The notes beneath the pieces are model-generated. The model was not told the origin of the DNA. It was given only the letters and a program-made list of their open reading frames with translations, and did not search any database. Both the position numbers and the translations under genes were made by a program. DNA of 56,217 nucleotides, filler included, from Dimargaris cristalligena (taxonomy: Eukaryota), in the NCBI GenBank assembly GCA_003614675.1. It is 2 parts of 2 records of this genome, joined end to end, with 100 filler letters (N's around TTAATTAATTAA, not from the genome) between each part and the next. Parts side by side here need not be neighbours in the genome. Positions count along the whole stretch, not along the records: positions 1 to 28,082 come from ML002504.1; 1 more part is not named here. One strand, given 5' to 3'. Of the stretch, positions 1 to 12,673 are shown in pieces; the stretch's first letter is position 1; each line of letters starts with the position of its first letter.

Positions 1-116
1 TTGTAGCATTGACTATTCCCAAGTGGTCACCCACCTCAGTACTAAATCAACCGATTGGAGCTTATCTTCGCAGATCTAACGGGATACGGAGCATAATCCA
101 ACATATGGCCACAACT
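1..116 (-). rRNA. 5S rRNA gene, copy 1 (last ~3 nt cut off by the window edge)
   Basis: Reverse complement reads AGTTGTGGCCATATGTTGGATTATGCTCCGTATCCCGTTAGATCTGCGAAGATAAGCTCCAATCGGTTGATTTAGTACTGAGGTGGGTGACCACTTGGGAATAGTCAATGCTACAA. It shows eukaryotic 5S hallmarks: GGCCATA, CCCGT..GATC, AAGC, TTAGTACT, GTGGGTGACCA, GGGAA, and complementary 5'/3' ends. Near-identical copy at 16293-16411. Confidence 0.93.
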
Positions 117-871
117 GAAAAAGTTTAAACAAATTGATATAAATTATTTCCTTATTAAAGATGGCAATCGAAGAAGATAAGCACACCGGATTTCGACGGT
201 TATTCAACTGAGTATTAAGAGGGAGGAATAACTGCTAGAGGTATCAGTAAATGTCTGCACTTAGTCATAAACCCGAGAAATAATAGCTGATATTCAATGA
301 TATAGTGAATATAGGACAATTGGCCGGGGTATAGACCCGGTCCGTACGAGTGAAGGTAATCTCTAACATATTAGCCATCTTTTAATATTACAATAGTCTC
401 CATTCAACATGCATTTACTCCCAAACCCCGATTTGGCGAAACTTGCCGTTTGCTATACAGCTTGGTTACATCTATCCCAACTATATGCATCTGACGGCCC
501 TGGGGTCGAATTTATAAGATAAATATTGGTTCATTATTTATTAGCGATTACAACTTAATCTAAGCCAAAGCGAGATGTTGATATAGACTGCACGCCATTA
601 CACTCGGGAATTAAGCGAAAGTTAGAAAAAGAATCATGAAAACGAAGCTTTGTTTTGTTTAAAAAACAACAACTGGTAGGAGTATGATATGGAAAAAGAA
701 AGATAGTAGAAAAGGACGCCCTTGGGACTTGGGATTGTGTATAAGCAAGTAAAACATTAAAAAAAGGGATCGATCGGAGCCACCGCGTATTAACCTAGAT
801 AACTAAACAATATTTCGCCGAGGATTGCGCCCCGCAAGGTCTGTTTATTTATCTTAAAAAAATATTATTAT

Positions 872-2413
872 TTAGGCCTGGGGCTTGCACTTGGGGGGGG
901 GCGGAGTGTTGGTGGGGGTTGGGGTAACGACCGCTACGCTAGTGACCACGGAACCGGGCAAGGTGGTAGGGGTACCGGAGATGGTGGTAACCGCGCCGGG
1001 CTGGGTGGTCACGAAGGACGTGTAGGAAGTGACGGCGGGCACCCCCCCGGTGTTACCGGGCACGTTGCTGGTAAAGACCTGGGTAACGTCCGATACGCTG
1101 GTAATAATGGAGCCGGGCTGAGTTGTGGGGGTACCGGAGATGGTGGTAACGACTTCGGGCTGGGTGGTCACCAGGGTGGTCTGGAAAGTGGTGGTAACCA
1201 CGGTACTACTGGTGGTGGTGGTGGTGGTGGAGGAGGCGGGCGGAGGAGAAACGAAGGGGTCGACTTCGTTTGGGGTGGTGGTTGCCACGGAGGAGGTCGT
1301 CGAGGAGCTTGAGACCACATCAGAGGTGCCGGAGGCGGAGGAGCTCGAGGAGCTCGAGACTGAATCAGTGGTGCCAGAGGCGGATAAGGTCGAGGAGCTC
1401 GAGACTGAATCAGTGGTGCCAGAGGCGGAGGAGGTCGAGGAGCTCGAGACTGAATCAGTGGTGCCAGAGGCGGAGGAGCTCGAGGAGCTCGAGACTGAAT
1501 CAGTGGTGCCAGAGGCGGGGGGAGTCGAGGAGCTCGAGGCCGACTCGGAGGTACTGGCAGCGGAGCTAGAAGTGGAGCTGGAAACGCTAGACGACGTGGT
1601 GGTCGTCACTTCCGCAGAAGTGGTGGTCGTGACTGCCGCCGACGTGGTCGTTGAGCTCGCCGACGCCTGGGTAGTACTGGGCTCACTGATGGTGGAAAAG
1701 GATGTCGTGGCCGGGGCCTTTCCTTCGCAGTAAGGCACAACTTCCAACCAGTCCATGTAGGCGGTATAGGAGTTACCGTTGTACTTGGCGGTACCGGCCC
1801 ACTCATGGACACTCGAGCCATCCCACACGCCAAACATGAGCCATTCGACACCCTCCGGGAATTTGGCGGGGTCCGAATTGGTGGTGGTCCGACCCTCCAC
1901 CCCATCCACGAACCACTTGACCGTGGTGTCGGTCTTTTCAATGGCGTACGTATGGTACGAAGCCGACGCATTCCCGCCACTGACCGGCAGACGTTTCAGG
2001 GGCTCGTTTTCTTCGTCCAAAATACCCTTCATATGGTACGTGGTTTCCACGGCGTCGGGCTTCCAGCCCAGCCATTCCATGTCCACTTCGTCCTTGTTGT
2101 CACCCATCAGGATGAAGGCCGTGGCCATACCGGCGGTGGGGGCCACCTTCATGGAGGTGGTGAACCGACCGTTGGGAATCCGGCTGAGCAGACGGAGAGT
2201 GGTGGCCTTGTGCTGCTCGTCCAGCGTCATTTCCAACTTGCCGCTGGCGATATTGGAAATACCGCCTTCGTCCATGCTGAAGTAGCTCATTTCACCGGCG
2301 GTGTCGAAGTTGAAACGGACCGGCTGACAGGCGGGAATTTCCTTCGTCAGGCTGGCGGGTGTGGACAGGGCCAGGAGACCCATGACCAAACTGTAGACGG
2401 AGATGGATTTCAT
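872..2413 (-). CDS. Secreted GH16 Crh/Utr2-like cell-wall transglycosylase/glucanase with long Ser/Thr-rich stalk (513 aa)
   Basis: N-terminal signal peptide; GH16 catalytic ExDxE motif DEVDMEW (nt 2075-2089); YHTYAIE, VKWFVDG and FP...LMFGVWDG motifs typical of Crh-family GH16; Ser/Thr/Pro-rich C-terminal half; single exon. Confidence 0.85.
   Translation of the reverse strand: MKSISVYSLVMGLLALSTPASLTKEIPACQPVRFNFDTAGEMSYFSMDEGGISNIASGKLEMTLDEQHKATTLRLLSRIPNGRFTTSMKVAPTAGMATAFILMGDNKDEVDMEWLGWKPDAVETTYHMKGILDEENEPLKRLPVSGGNASASYHTYAIEKTDTTVKWFVDGVEGRTTTNSDPAKFPEGVEWLMFGVWDGSSVHEWAGTAKYNGNSYTAYMDWLEVVPYCEGKAPATTSFSTISEPSTTQASASSTTTSAAVTTTTSAEVTTTTSSSVSSSTSSSAASTSESASSSSTPPASGTTDSVSSSSSSSASGTTDSVSSSSTSSASGTTDSVSSSSTLSASGTTDSVSSSSSSSASGTSDVVSSSSTTSSVATTTPNEVDPFVSPPPASSTTTTTTSSTVVTTTFQTTLVTTQPEVVTTISGTPTTQPGSIITSVSDVTQVFTSNVPGNTGGVPAVTSYTSFVTTQPGAVTTISGTPTTLPGSVVTSVAVVTPTPTNTPPPPKCKPQA
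1290..1515 (-). repeat. Intragenic 45-bp tandem repeat (about 5 units; 15-aa SASGTTDSVSSSS[ST][SL])
   Basis: GAGACTGAATCAGTGG recurs at 1356, 1401, 1446 and 1491 (period 45). A second, two-copy repeat (VTTQPxxVTTISGTPTTxPGS) recurs at about 971 and 1130. Confidence 0.9.
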
Positions 2414-5400
2414 GTTGAAGCTTGGGTAGGAAAATAATGAATGGGGGTGTACGTGGGGATATAATGAATGCTGGCGTAATAAAAACGTGATGGTGGTTTA
2501 AGGCTTATGAAATAATATAATAAATTTAAGATAGTATTGCGTAAATAAATCGTTAAAGCGCGACGATATTCAGAATTCTAACTGGATTGAGTCTAACCGT
2601 AAGAAAGAGACATAGATGGTTGGCGTGGCAAATGAGGCAAGGTGAGGAGGCTGCAGCTGGGCAAAGACACGGATTAAAGTACCATTAACGGTAAAGGACG
2701 ACTAACTAGCGGTAATTCAAGGTATTGTTTTAGTATATAAAAAACCGAGATGCTAGTCAGCCAAAACGGTCGGCTAAGCCAAATGAATCGTGAAGTCGGA
2801 AGAATGGGAAAGGTGAGAGTGGAATGGGATAACGAACTATTAGAGAGGTGGGGCGACGGGCGCCCATTTTATATTCCGGAGAATACTATTCCCTCACTTG
2901 ACGCGGCTCGTAGGAGGTGGGGCGGCATCGAGGGCCCTAGACCAGAGTGAGATGCAGGGCACTGCGTATAAAGAACTTAACTGCAGGGCCCTAAATCGGT
3001 CGATCTCAGGAACATCGTTCAAACTAGTGGCTCGCTGTGTGTAGTTGTTGATGTGAGCCAGGCTGTAACTAATAAAAGAAATTATGCGGGTAAAAGGGTG
3101 GTGAACGGAGCGAAATTGAACAACAGACAGGGAACGTTGGTGGGCGACTAGGCCTGTTCGCTAATCCAGAGGACCATGCCATAGCTTCGCTGGCTCTACT
3201 ATAATTAGTGGGACCAATAGATGAGGAGGAAATCGTGAGCTTAAGGGGACGATCAAGGCGAGACGATCGATTTAGTAGAGGGGGGCCAAGGGAAGTGAAG
3301 GCGGAGGAGGAGGAGGAGGAGGGGGGGATATAGAGAATCATTGGATCATCGAACTTGATATTGAGAGGTCGTTGGCTAGGCAGCTCACTTTGGCTCTTTT
3401 CTTTTTTCTACGCGAATCTTACATTGTGCTCGGAGTTATAATTAGGATTAAACAACCGCTCGCTTCTCTCTCCCGCCATTGGCCCATTCTCCGCTCTTTA
3501 GTAGATTGAATACGCTTAACAGTACCTCGGACAATAGGGGGGGGCACTACGTACGATCGTTATCCAGTAAATAACGGGCGGTGGCGGAGATGTGTAAAGG
3601 AGGCCTACAATACTTGTTAGAGAAAAAAAAAACAGATATTGGCCCGTTGATCCTTTCGACAATCTATGACAATACATGTGACTATCAAGGCCAGATAGGG
3701 CTAGAATAGGGAGAACTATGTGGACAACTATTGGCTTGAGAACAAAGCACCTGGTAGTTAAACAGGGCGGAATTAGCCATGTTGGATATCGGCGGTGTAG
3801 AGTCCGCCGTTTCGCTCTTGCTACTTGATTCTGAACATCAAGACATAAAGGTTGCCAAAGTCGAGGTTACCCACGAATGATATATCAAGAGGAAATAATA
3901 TATGGTAGGCGCGGATGCAACTATATCCACCATTTAAAGAGCCGTCCAATTATTTAGTACATTGGACAGCTACCCCCTCCACTAACCTTTTTTGTACTAG
4001 TGATATCAATTATCCATTGTCAAACAAAATACTATCACCGATAATCATTATAGTCTAGCGTGGTGTGGTATATACCGATCATAAAAGAGTACAACCAATG
4101 CCAAAGTGTTACCAGCTCCAAAGCCATTGTATTCAATTTTACCTATATCGGGAGCAGGGGAAGTACGGACAGCATTTTTATAATTAGCACTCAAAAGATG
4201 AGGCATGTGCCTATTTTCAACACTTTGCATTACATGGGGATATAAAATGCTAGATGAAATAATTAAGCGGTCAGGCGTACGCTAGCATATAATACTGGCG
4301 TAAGTAGAACAGCCATATATAGAGATACATAATGGTATACCCATGTAACTTAGCAGGGGGCCTTTTGGGCTGTATTCGATAGGGACAATCAAGTTGATAC
4401 TAGTAAATAAGAATATATTCAGATACCATTTCGGGAACTAATGCAATAATCGATTCATAATTGGCGGATATAGCTAGCGACCCAGGGTAACAATAGGAAA
4501 TAGGATGGGTCTCTAAAGACCTACACATGCCTGTCGTAAAGTCCACCCGCCATCGTAGCTGAAAAGAATGACAGACTGTTAACCACACCGTGTAATTCTA
4601 TTTATAAAGCGAGCTACGCGCTTAAATAAGAATAATACGACGATTTGAATAAGTGTCTACACTTACTAGGCCAGGATAGATTTTACCAAGTCAGTCTATA
4701 ATTACTATTCGGAAGAATACTCGGTCATTTCGATGATAAAATCATCACATTTAATGTGGGCACAGGCTGGATAGCGGGTTGGCAGGTTTCACATCGAACC
4801 CTATGTTCTCCATATATATATATATATTGATCGACCTTGGTCGCTCGACCCGTGATTATCGCTGATTAACTTGCTACCGATATATGTACACTCGTTTTGA
4901 TTTACAGTTAATTGAAACGAAGTCATTTCGAGTATCAGTTGAAAGCCAGAAGATGGTATTTTCATTGGACTATTAATCCATTAAATGGACAATTGACTGA
5001 CGTTATACACGAACACCATTGGTAGTACCATTTGAAAATGAGTTTTCGTGAGATACGTTTGAGGATTTAGTACTTGGATCCGTTGTATATTTTGGTAAAA
5101 TTAAAGATAACAACAAGGGTATCTCGCCTGCATCGCACCATCTAATGAATGGTTTACATAATAAGGCTTCCTAAGCGAGGAAGACCGTTGGGCGTCTTTG
5201 ACCCTTGAAGTGCTTACCACATCAAGCTCCTGGTAAGCGGCATCCTTGACCCTCCAGCTTATAATTCGAAGCCAGAATAGCTCGACAGGATCTAAATAAA
5301 CATACATGTACATGTATATGTGTATGTATGTGTGTGTAAAAATAGATTGATAAGGTTGAATAACCGAAAACCCAGCTGGTGAGACGGGCTTTACTGGTTT

Positions 5401-7240
5401 ACTGTATTACCCCATTTGCATGGCATTTAGAATCTTATTCGATTGAGTTGGGATTTACCCCTATGCTTGGACATTCTTAATATTTAAAGAAAAAATGGGC
5501 AGTCTGCTTTTTCGTGAGGCCGATAAGCGCAAGAATGTAGCAAGTCCCAATACTTGGAGGAGTTCCATGGATGACATTTAGGTGTATGGTATATAATTAC
5601 GCTATTGCTTAGTTGTTTTTAGGCTGCAAGATGCCCCACCAATGGAGGGATCAACAATCAATTATATCAGTGAATCAACCCAGTTGATGGGCGTACAATA
5701 AGAGGAGGTGTGGGTTTTGGTGAGTCCTTGTATATTTCTAAAGGGGGGGGGGCTGTTGTTATACTGACCGTATTCCCCCACTTCCAATTGGCTAGATAGC
5801 AATGATTCCGCCAATTCAGGAACTAATGATTGGTTGGCTACGTAACACTCTCCTGCCTTTTACCACCACCCCTTTCTTTCGAGTCTTCCGTCGGATGACA
5901 GGACTAACACAGGGATTTAAGACCAACAGGGGATGAACGGATGGACAGTGCATATCATAATAATACCCCGCTATTTAGAATAGCCCGATGGAAGTCTGAT
6001 GGTGGAAATAGAAATAAGGCCAGATATCAATCGAGGCATTAGTGAACCCCATGATCCACCAAGTCTAGCGGTAAAATGGCCGAGTGGGTATTTCATTGTC
6101 GGAGCAGACTAGGCGGCTAGCCTGATTAGCTTAGTATTGCCCAATCCCCTCCGATTGTAAATGAAAGGGAAAGTTGGTGTAATTTGACCCCTATTATTAG
6201 TATCGGCAATGAAACTAAGTATCGCTGCACCAGCTCGGGCGATTCTGGGAATCATGTATGTGGGAAGCAGCAATTGGTTGATACCCCACCATGCGGTAGA
6301 GAACCCGGGGCAAGTGGGGGACGGAAGGGTGACGATGGATAGGGAGGGAATGAGAGGGGGATCATCAACCCACTTGGGCCAGGTAGTATAATAGTGGTCA
6401 TTGGCAGAGGACCCCGTAGGTCGGATTGGACATGGGTTAATCAGCACCATTGATACCCCTGCTGAATTGATATTCGCCCAGCCGAGCAACTGCAGCTGTA
6501 GAGGGATATGGGTAGAGTGGTATAGGAGTCCTGGCCATATAATGGGTGAGAGAGAGAGAGAGAGAGAGATACCAGCTTCTGCTGGATCATTTAAATAGAC
6601 GGACCCGTAACATTTGCTGGGTTGGAATTGCGTTTCGAGCCATTCGCTGGTTCGGCAAGGGTACTGATAAGTATCCAGGAGGGAAAGGGTAGTATTTTTA
6701 GGGAGAGATGGCCTGCGCGCAAATGTGTTGGGAGAAGAGAGAGGATCGAGGGGTTGGTGGTATTCGCACCAAACGATAACCGATACGGTCCACAGTGAGA
6801 GGCCCTGGGTGATTCACGGCATGTGCCTGTCTTTGGGCGCGAGTGTGGGGCATGGTTACACTCTCCAGTCGCCGTTGGGTCTGCGACGGAAGCTGTCTCT
6901 ACGTCCACGCAACGCGCTGGGGTGGTTGCTGCTATGTGGTAATGGCGGGTCCGCGCTCTGTCTATGGTAGACGAGTTGGGCCATTACGCGTCAGTGTCGC
7001 CTGGGAACACCGCCCCGTTCGTCTCCGCATTTCCCATGGCAGTTCCCCCACATATAACCCTCCCGCCCCACTGCCTCCGGGTTTTGTCCCTTAGTCCGCT
7101 TCTCAACGTTGTCACTCGCAGTTTCGTTGATCTTCGTTCTTTCTTCGTTGATTTTTTATTCCCTTTTGTTGCTGGGGCTTTTTGTGCTCGTGGTCATTGT
7201 CTGATCCGTATCTCCAGTTTACCCTTCGCCTTGATTAACC

Positions 7241-7411
7241 GTAAGTATCGTATGCAGCGCCAACCCACTCACCTGCATAGGAAGGGAAAGGGGGAGGGTC
7301 TGTAATCCTATTCCCCACCCGGGGCAACTGCCTTACCACCCATCGGCTCGGATCCGCACCCCTCTCTAACCCCATTCTAATATCTATGCTATTTTCATCT
7401 TCCGCTCCCAG
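7241..7411 (+). other. Putative 5'-UTR intron of the C9-methyltransferase gene, ending immediately before the ATG
   Basis: Donor GTAAGT at 7241, branch-like TCTAAC near 7365, pyrimidine tract, acceptor CCCAG ending at 7411 directly followed by ATG 7412. Confidence 0.6.
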
Positions 7412-8806
7412 ATGGCGACCCCCAACGTCGGGCCCAAGCGCGTCAACAAGACCGTGCCCATCCCCCCCTACCCCATCGATGGCGCCAACAACAAGCAGCT
7501 CTCTGATCTGCACATGTACGCTGCTATTCTGGTCGTCCCCGTGGCCCTGAAGCTGTACTATGGCATCAGCATGCTCACCTTTCTTATTCTGACCGCCGTG
7601 CTGGCTCTGCCCGTCGTTGGTATTTACCTGTTGGTGAACTCCTGGACCGTGCCCGTCCCCCACAGCAGCATCCGTCTGCCCGGTCGCCCCATCGAGGACT
7701 ACCTTACTTTCCGCGATGCTGACCTCGCCGCCAAATTCAACGGCCGCAAGAAGATCCCCATGGAACTGTTCTTCGAGAACTACATTGAGGGCAAGATCGA
7801 CGTCAACGGCGACTTCTTTGAAACTTTTGAAGCCCGCTACGACTGGGCCTCCTTCCCCCTGCACTTTGGCCAGGTGAAGTTCTTCATCACCCAGTGGATC
7901 CCCGAATTGCTCTGGCACACCCGTGTCCAGGACGAAACCCAGGTCCGTGACCACTACGACCGGGGTGACGATTTCTACGCCGCCTTCCTGGGCCCTTCCA
8001 TGATCTACACCTCCGGTATCATTTCCGATCCGTCCAAGGAGGAGACTCTGGAAGAACTCCAGGAGAACAAGCTCAAGAACGTCTGCGAACTGCTGCAACT
8101 CCGCCCCGGCGAACGTCATTTGGACATTGGCTGTGGTTGGGGAACTCTCGTCGCCTACGCCTCCAAGAACTGCGGTACCGACTCCACCGGTGTTACTCTG
8201 GGCCGCAACCAGACCGCTTTCGGTAACAACCGGGCCGCTGAATACGGCGTGGCCAACTCGGCCCGTCTGATCTGCCAGGACTACCGTGATATCACCCGCA
8301 CCCCCCGTTACAACAAGATCAGTTGCCTCGAGATGGCCGAGCACGTGGGTATCCGCAAGTTCCAGGAGTTCCTGCTCCAGGTCCGCGACATGCTCGAGGA
8401 CGACGGTCTGTTCTACCTCCAGATCGCCGGTCTCCGCGCCAGCTGGCAGTTCGAGGACTTCGTCTGGGGTCTCTTCATGGCCAAGTACGTCTTCCCCGGT
8501 GCCGATGCCTCCTGCCCCCTGTACTGGGTGACCAAGCAGCTGGAAACCGCCGGCTTCGAGGTCCGCAGCGTCGACACCATTGGGGTCCACTACTCCGCCA
8601 CCATTGACCGCTGGTACAAGAACTGGATGAAGAACAAGGACCAGATTGTCAAGTCCTATGGCAAGCGCTGGTTCCGCCTCTGGCAGGTGTTCCTCTGCTG
8701 GTCCACCATTGTGGCCCGCCAGGGTTCTTCCACTTGCTACCAGATCCTGGCCCACAAGAACTCCAACTCCTTTGATCGTACCACTCTGATCAATACCCAG
8801 GCCTAA
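7412..8806 (+). CDS. Sphingolipid C9-methyltransferase (cyclopropane-fatty-acyl-phospholipid synthase family, 464 aa)
   Basis: N-terminal transmembrane hairpin; QVRDHYDRGDDFY, LGPSMIYTSG, SAM-binding LDIGCGWG, KISCLEMAEHVG, KYVFPGADAS and IGVHYSAT motifs, matching the fungal sphingolipid C9-MT subfamily; strong GC3 codon bias. Confidence 0.9.
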   Translation: MATPNVGPKRVNKTVPIPPYPIDGANNKQLSDLHMYAAILVVPVALKLYYGISMLTFLILTAVLALPVVGIYLLVNSWTVPVPHSSIRLPGRPIEDYLTFRDADLAAKFNGRKKIPMELFFENYIEGKIDVNGDFFETFEARYDWASFPLHFGQVKFFITQWIPELLWHTRVQDETQVRDHYDRGDDFYAAFLGPSMIYTSGIISDPSKEETLEELQENKLKNVCELLQLRPGERHLDIGCGWGTLVAYASKNCGTDSTGVTLGRNQTAFGNNRAAEYGVANSARLICQDYRDITRTPRYNKISCLEMAEHVGIRKFQEFLLQVRDMLEDDGLFYLQIAGLRASWQFEDFVWGLFMAKYVFPGADASCPLYWVTKQLETAGFEVRSVDTIGVHYSATIDRWYKNWMKNKDQIVKSYGKRWFRLWQVFLCWSTIVARQGSSTCYQILAHKNSNSFDRTTLINTQA

Positions 8807-9734
8807 AATCCCGTCCCCTTTGTGCCTTTTCCTTACTCTACTTTACTTTAGTTTACTTGACTCTGTAGGGCTGTGTCCCCCTGTATTAGGCTTTGGGTGC
8901 ATCCCCATCCTTAGTTTTGTTTTGTTCTCCCTGTGGTTTATTTTACTAATCTGCTCGTTCGGCTGTACCTCCGTTGACGTGTGGGACTTGGTAGTGTGTC
9001 TATTGTTTTTGGGAGTTCATCCTTTTTCACTCCCCTTTTCTTTTAGTTTTTTTTTAAAAAAACGTATATCTATTGTTCAAACGTTGATAAAAGCTTGTTG
9101 ATTCACGCATAATCCCCCTTCCGATAGTGTGGGAGTGAGGTGGCCTGTTTGTTTGAGTATTAGGTAATGGATTTCCACCCCTGTTTTATACGGTAAATAC
9201 TGCCTTGGTCATCTTTCCCAATATTTAATGAATTAGGGCTAGTAGAGCCCACCCTGTGACTCGCGGGGGGGGGGGGCTCGCTAGGTTATATTAATCATTC
9301 ATCGGGTTGGGGGTGTCTGCCTGTACTGATTGGCGAACCATACCTGAGCCAAATCAGTGTATAATTCTATTGAATAGGCGTGGGAAAGCAGCTGGTCTGT
9401 ATTCACGTGATAGAACTTGAGGCCCCGATTACTTACTTACATTACCCATAACCCCAGCCATTCGAGTGAGTTGAAATGATGGCGTCATTGGCGGCTAAAT
9501 GGCCAATAACCAGAGCAGAGCCACTGTGGTTCTCCTAAATGGTGTGGGGGGTTGTAAGTTCAGAGCCAATTCAATTACGCGATTACGATTAGTAGAGGTA
9601 TATTAAACAAGTGGGGTAAATATTCCACGATTTATTTATTATACAATGTCGACAATTCGATACAGAAATTGAGCAGAGGTGGAGGGGGGAGTGGTTGGCG
9701 TCGGTCACAAAATATATAGTCCACCGATGGTTCC

Positions 9735-11831
9735 TTATAATTCGAGCGATGAAATATGTCGCTCGAGTTCTTGTGTCGAACCAATCGCCGCGGACCCTTG
9801 GGTGATATTCCGTTGCGCTTGCTGTAGGGCTACCTCGGTGATTTCCGGCAAATCACCCGGTACCACTACCGTTTCGACCTGGTACGACGGGGCCGGTGCT
9901 AGTAAAGGGGCACACATATCGATGGGTAGGTATTGTCCAAAGAGTTGGGTAAAGGCATCCCGCTCCTGGGTTTCGGTGGCATGGAGGGCGGCCAAATGAT
10001 GGGCGAATTCGGCGGCCATGCGGGCGTGTTGGTGTTGCACCTGGCGTCGCCGGTCAATTTCGACCAGCAGGTAGTCATAGGCCCGGGCGAACTCAGTGTA
10101 CCACGAGCGGAGGTTTCCGCATTCGGCGACTAAAAGTTCGGCACGGGTTTCCAGTGGAGCACCTGTGCCACCACCACCTCCCCCTACACTACTACTTCCT
10201 AGATCCGTCCCTTCGCCTTCGCGGAGGTCCGCCATGGATGGGCGGAGCAATGTGCTAAAGAGGCGGGTTATGGTGGGCGTAAACTCAAAAATGCGCTGCA
10301 GACCCCGCTTAAGATCCGCGTAGAAAAGTTGGTACTGATGGGTACGAATTTCCATCTCCTCCCGGATGGCCTGGATAAAAGCCAGTCCCTCGCGTAGTTC
10401 GTTCACAATAACGTCGGTTTCTTCGGCGTCCCGTTCGAGCACCGCGAGGTTTTCCTGCGTGAGCAGTGACGGGTCCTCGGCCACGAGCTGCATTTGTGAG
10501 GCATGGTGGGAGATAGACTCCAAGTCCCCCAACATGCGGTCGAGTTCGTCGGTTTGTTTGGCGCACTGGTGTTGGATGTGCTGTTGGTCGAGGGAGAGGT
10601 CTTCAAAGGAATCAAATTGGTCCAACTCAAGAGTCTGGAATTCCCGGTACGCCTGATCCACGGCCTGATTTGAGCGCTACATAGGGTTATGGTTGTTGGG
10701 GGGTTGAAAAATCAGATAAAATATAATTGGTTTATATAAAGGGGTAAGTGGCCCAGCGGATACCAAAATAATTACTGTGTGCCTCATATAAGATTGGACA
10801 GGTCGATGTTCTGCTTTAACCCAACGGAATGGGAATTTTAACCAAATACTTACCTCCAATTTTTGAATCGTTTCTTTGGCCTGGCCCCACACGGCCCGTA
10901 GACCTTCATCATCAATAAGATCGTACAGTGTCATGGGCTTAGCCGGTAAAATCGGACTGTTTTCGCGTGCATCCGGTGAAACATGGGTACCATTAGTCTG
11001 CGACAGACCATCCGTGCTATTGGACACTAGGCCGTTCGTTTTGGCGACTTTACTAGGGTTGCTTCTCGGTGGCTGTAGACAGGGCTCGACTTCTCTCTTT
11101 TGTAGCGTCTCGAGGGTTTCAAATAGTTCAGTGTTGATGGTTTCAAACTGCTCTATTTTATCCTAATTATATTGGTCCGCAGCCGAGATTATACATAAGC
11201 AGTAGATGGGATAGGCGCTAAATATATTAGATTGGGCAGCGGGGCCGGTGTCATTTTCGACCAATAGCGGATTTCATTGAAAATCGGCGAGCTTAGGATG
11301 CCTCGCGAAGGTGTTTCAAGGTAACCGCGAGAGCAGTGTCACTTGGTATTATAGGACTTACTTTAGCCATATTGTGAAGTTTGTCGTGGCTTTGCCGAAG
11401 TCCTGTCTCGATATTTTGTAGATACTACCATAGCCGGTAGGTGTCCACCCAATAGCCATTCCAAACCAAAGAAAAATAAAATAAGGTTAAGTCAGACGCT
11501 AAAGCATAAGTAGACGGGCTGAAACGCACGGTTGGCCTGGCCTCCCATCCCACTTTGCCAGGGGAAGGGAATGTGAATACTAAAAAAGGGCGAATAATTC
11601 CCAGGCCTCTGCATATTTCATAGAAGGGTCGGCCAGGTCCCCCCACCCACATACCTGAGACTGAGTAGTCCATTCGCGTCGTAGAAAACCGAGACGGGGA
11701 TTGAGTTCCTGGAGGGTTTCGGCGTGGTTCTGGGTAGCTTCGGTGTGTTGTTGGGCGTCAATGCACATTTCACGGGCCACTTCCAGCGCTTCAAGAGCTT
11801 CGGAGACCATGGTGGCGATGAACTCGGCCAT
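9735..11831 (-). CDS. ATG17: Autophagy scaffold Atg17, 4 exons (11831-11655, 11424-11362, 11162-10854, 10676-9735; about 496 aa)
   Basis: Three phase-0 GT-AG introns (GTATGT/GTAAGT donors, TAG acceptors) join the exons in frame. Atg17 signatures TLYDLIDDEGL, AYDYLLVEIDRRR and ERDAFTQLFGQYLPIDM; coiled-coil composition. Confidence 0.85.
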
Positions 11832-12673
11832 GGTGAACAAGTGACTCTCGGTATGGGCACTAGAGATGGGCGGAATGGCCAATGTCGGGAATGGATGGTC
11901 TGATTGGATGGGGGGAAAGGTGGTATGGTATGGTGAAGTGAAGTGGGCGAATGGGGGAGACTATTGAGTAGTGGTGGGTGGCATGTCAAATAAACATTTC
12001 AATGAGTAGCAATGGAGTAAACTGGAAAACGAACCCGGGGTAAATGACTCCGCGGCAATAAGAGTGCCCGCCAAGGATAAGCTAAATACGAACGAGTATT
12101 AATGGGTCATATTCAAAGAGTACCTGAATGTGACAGAGCCCTTCGCATTGTGAAATATAGGCTGGGGAGCTTGGAGGGTGGGGGGGAGAGGGCAGTGGTC
12201 CTACCACAAAAAAATGGGCAAGATTGGGCAAGTCACGCTGACCCTGCCCCAACTATTAGCCACCAGCGATAATTTAGGCCCCTGCCCCCCCCCCACTGCA
12301 ATGTAGAGCACCCCTTGTATAAATGAGCCATTCTAATGCTTAGTTGGCAGTCCTCACAAAACCGCCCTAAAATACTATGATTAAAACTTTCTCTTCCTTT
12401 ATGAGTATACACGACAATAGTGTAATTGAAACGACTTATTTAGTGAAATTAAAGGGCACAACAGTTTTAGAAATAATGTACAAAATTGACTAATCGTAAG
12501 GTGATGAGTGTAGAAAGGGAAATGGGGATTGTAAAGCCACTATGTGGCGAAATAAGGCAATTTTAGTCGTCGGACCCAAACCACCTCAGCGGTGCCATAT
12601 CTAGGTCGGGTTGGGGACTTGGGCGGACTTGGAGAAGGTAAGGGAGCAATAGTCCGCAGTGCTTCCTCGGCGA

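Noticed and set aside
6986-6991. ACGCGT (MCB element) upstream of the C9-methyltransferase
   Set aside because: A single hexamer is expected by chance in 56 kb.
7235-8755. 506-aa antisense ORF over the C9-methyltransferase, and similar antisense or alternate-frame ORFs over GH16, trypsin, MMSDH, Osh and tubulin
   Set aside because: Expected shadow ORFs of GC3-biased coding sequence; no independent motifs.
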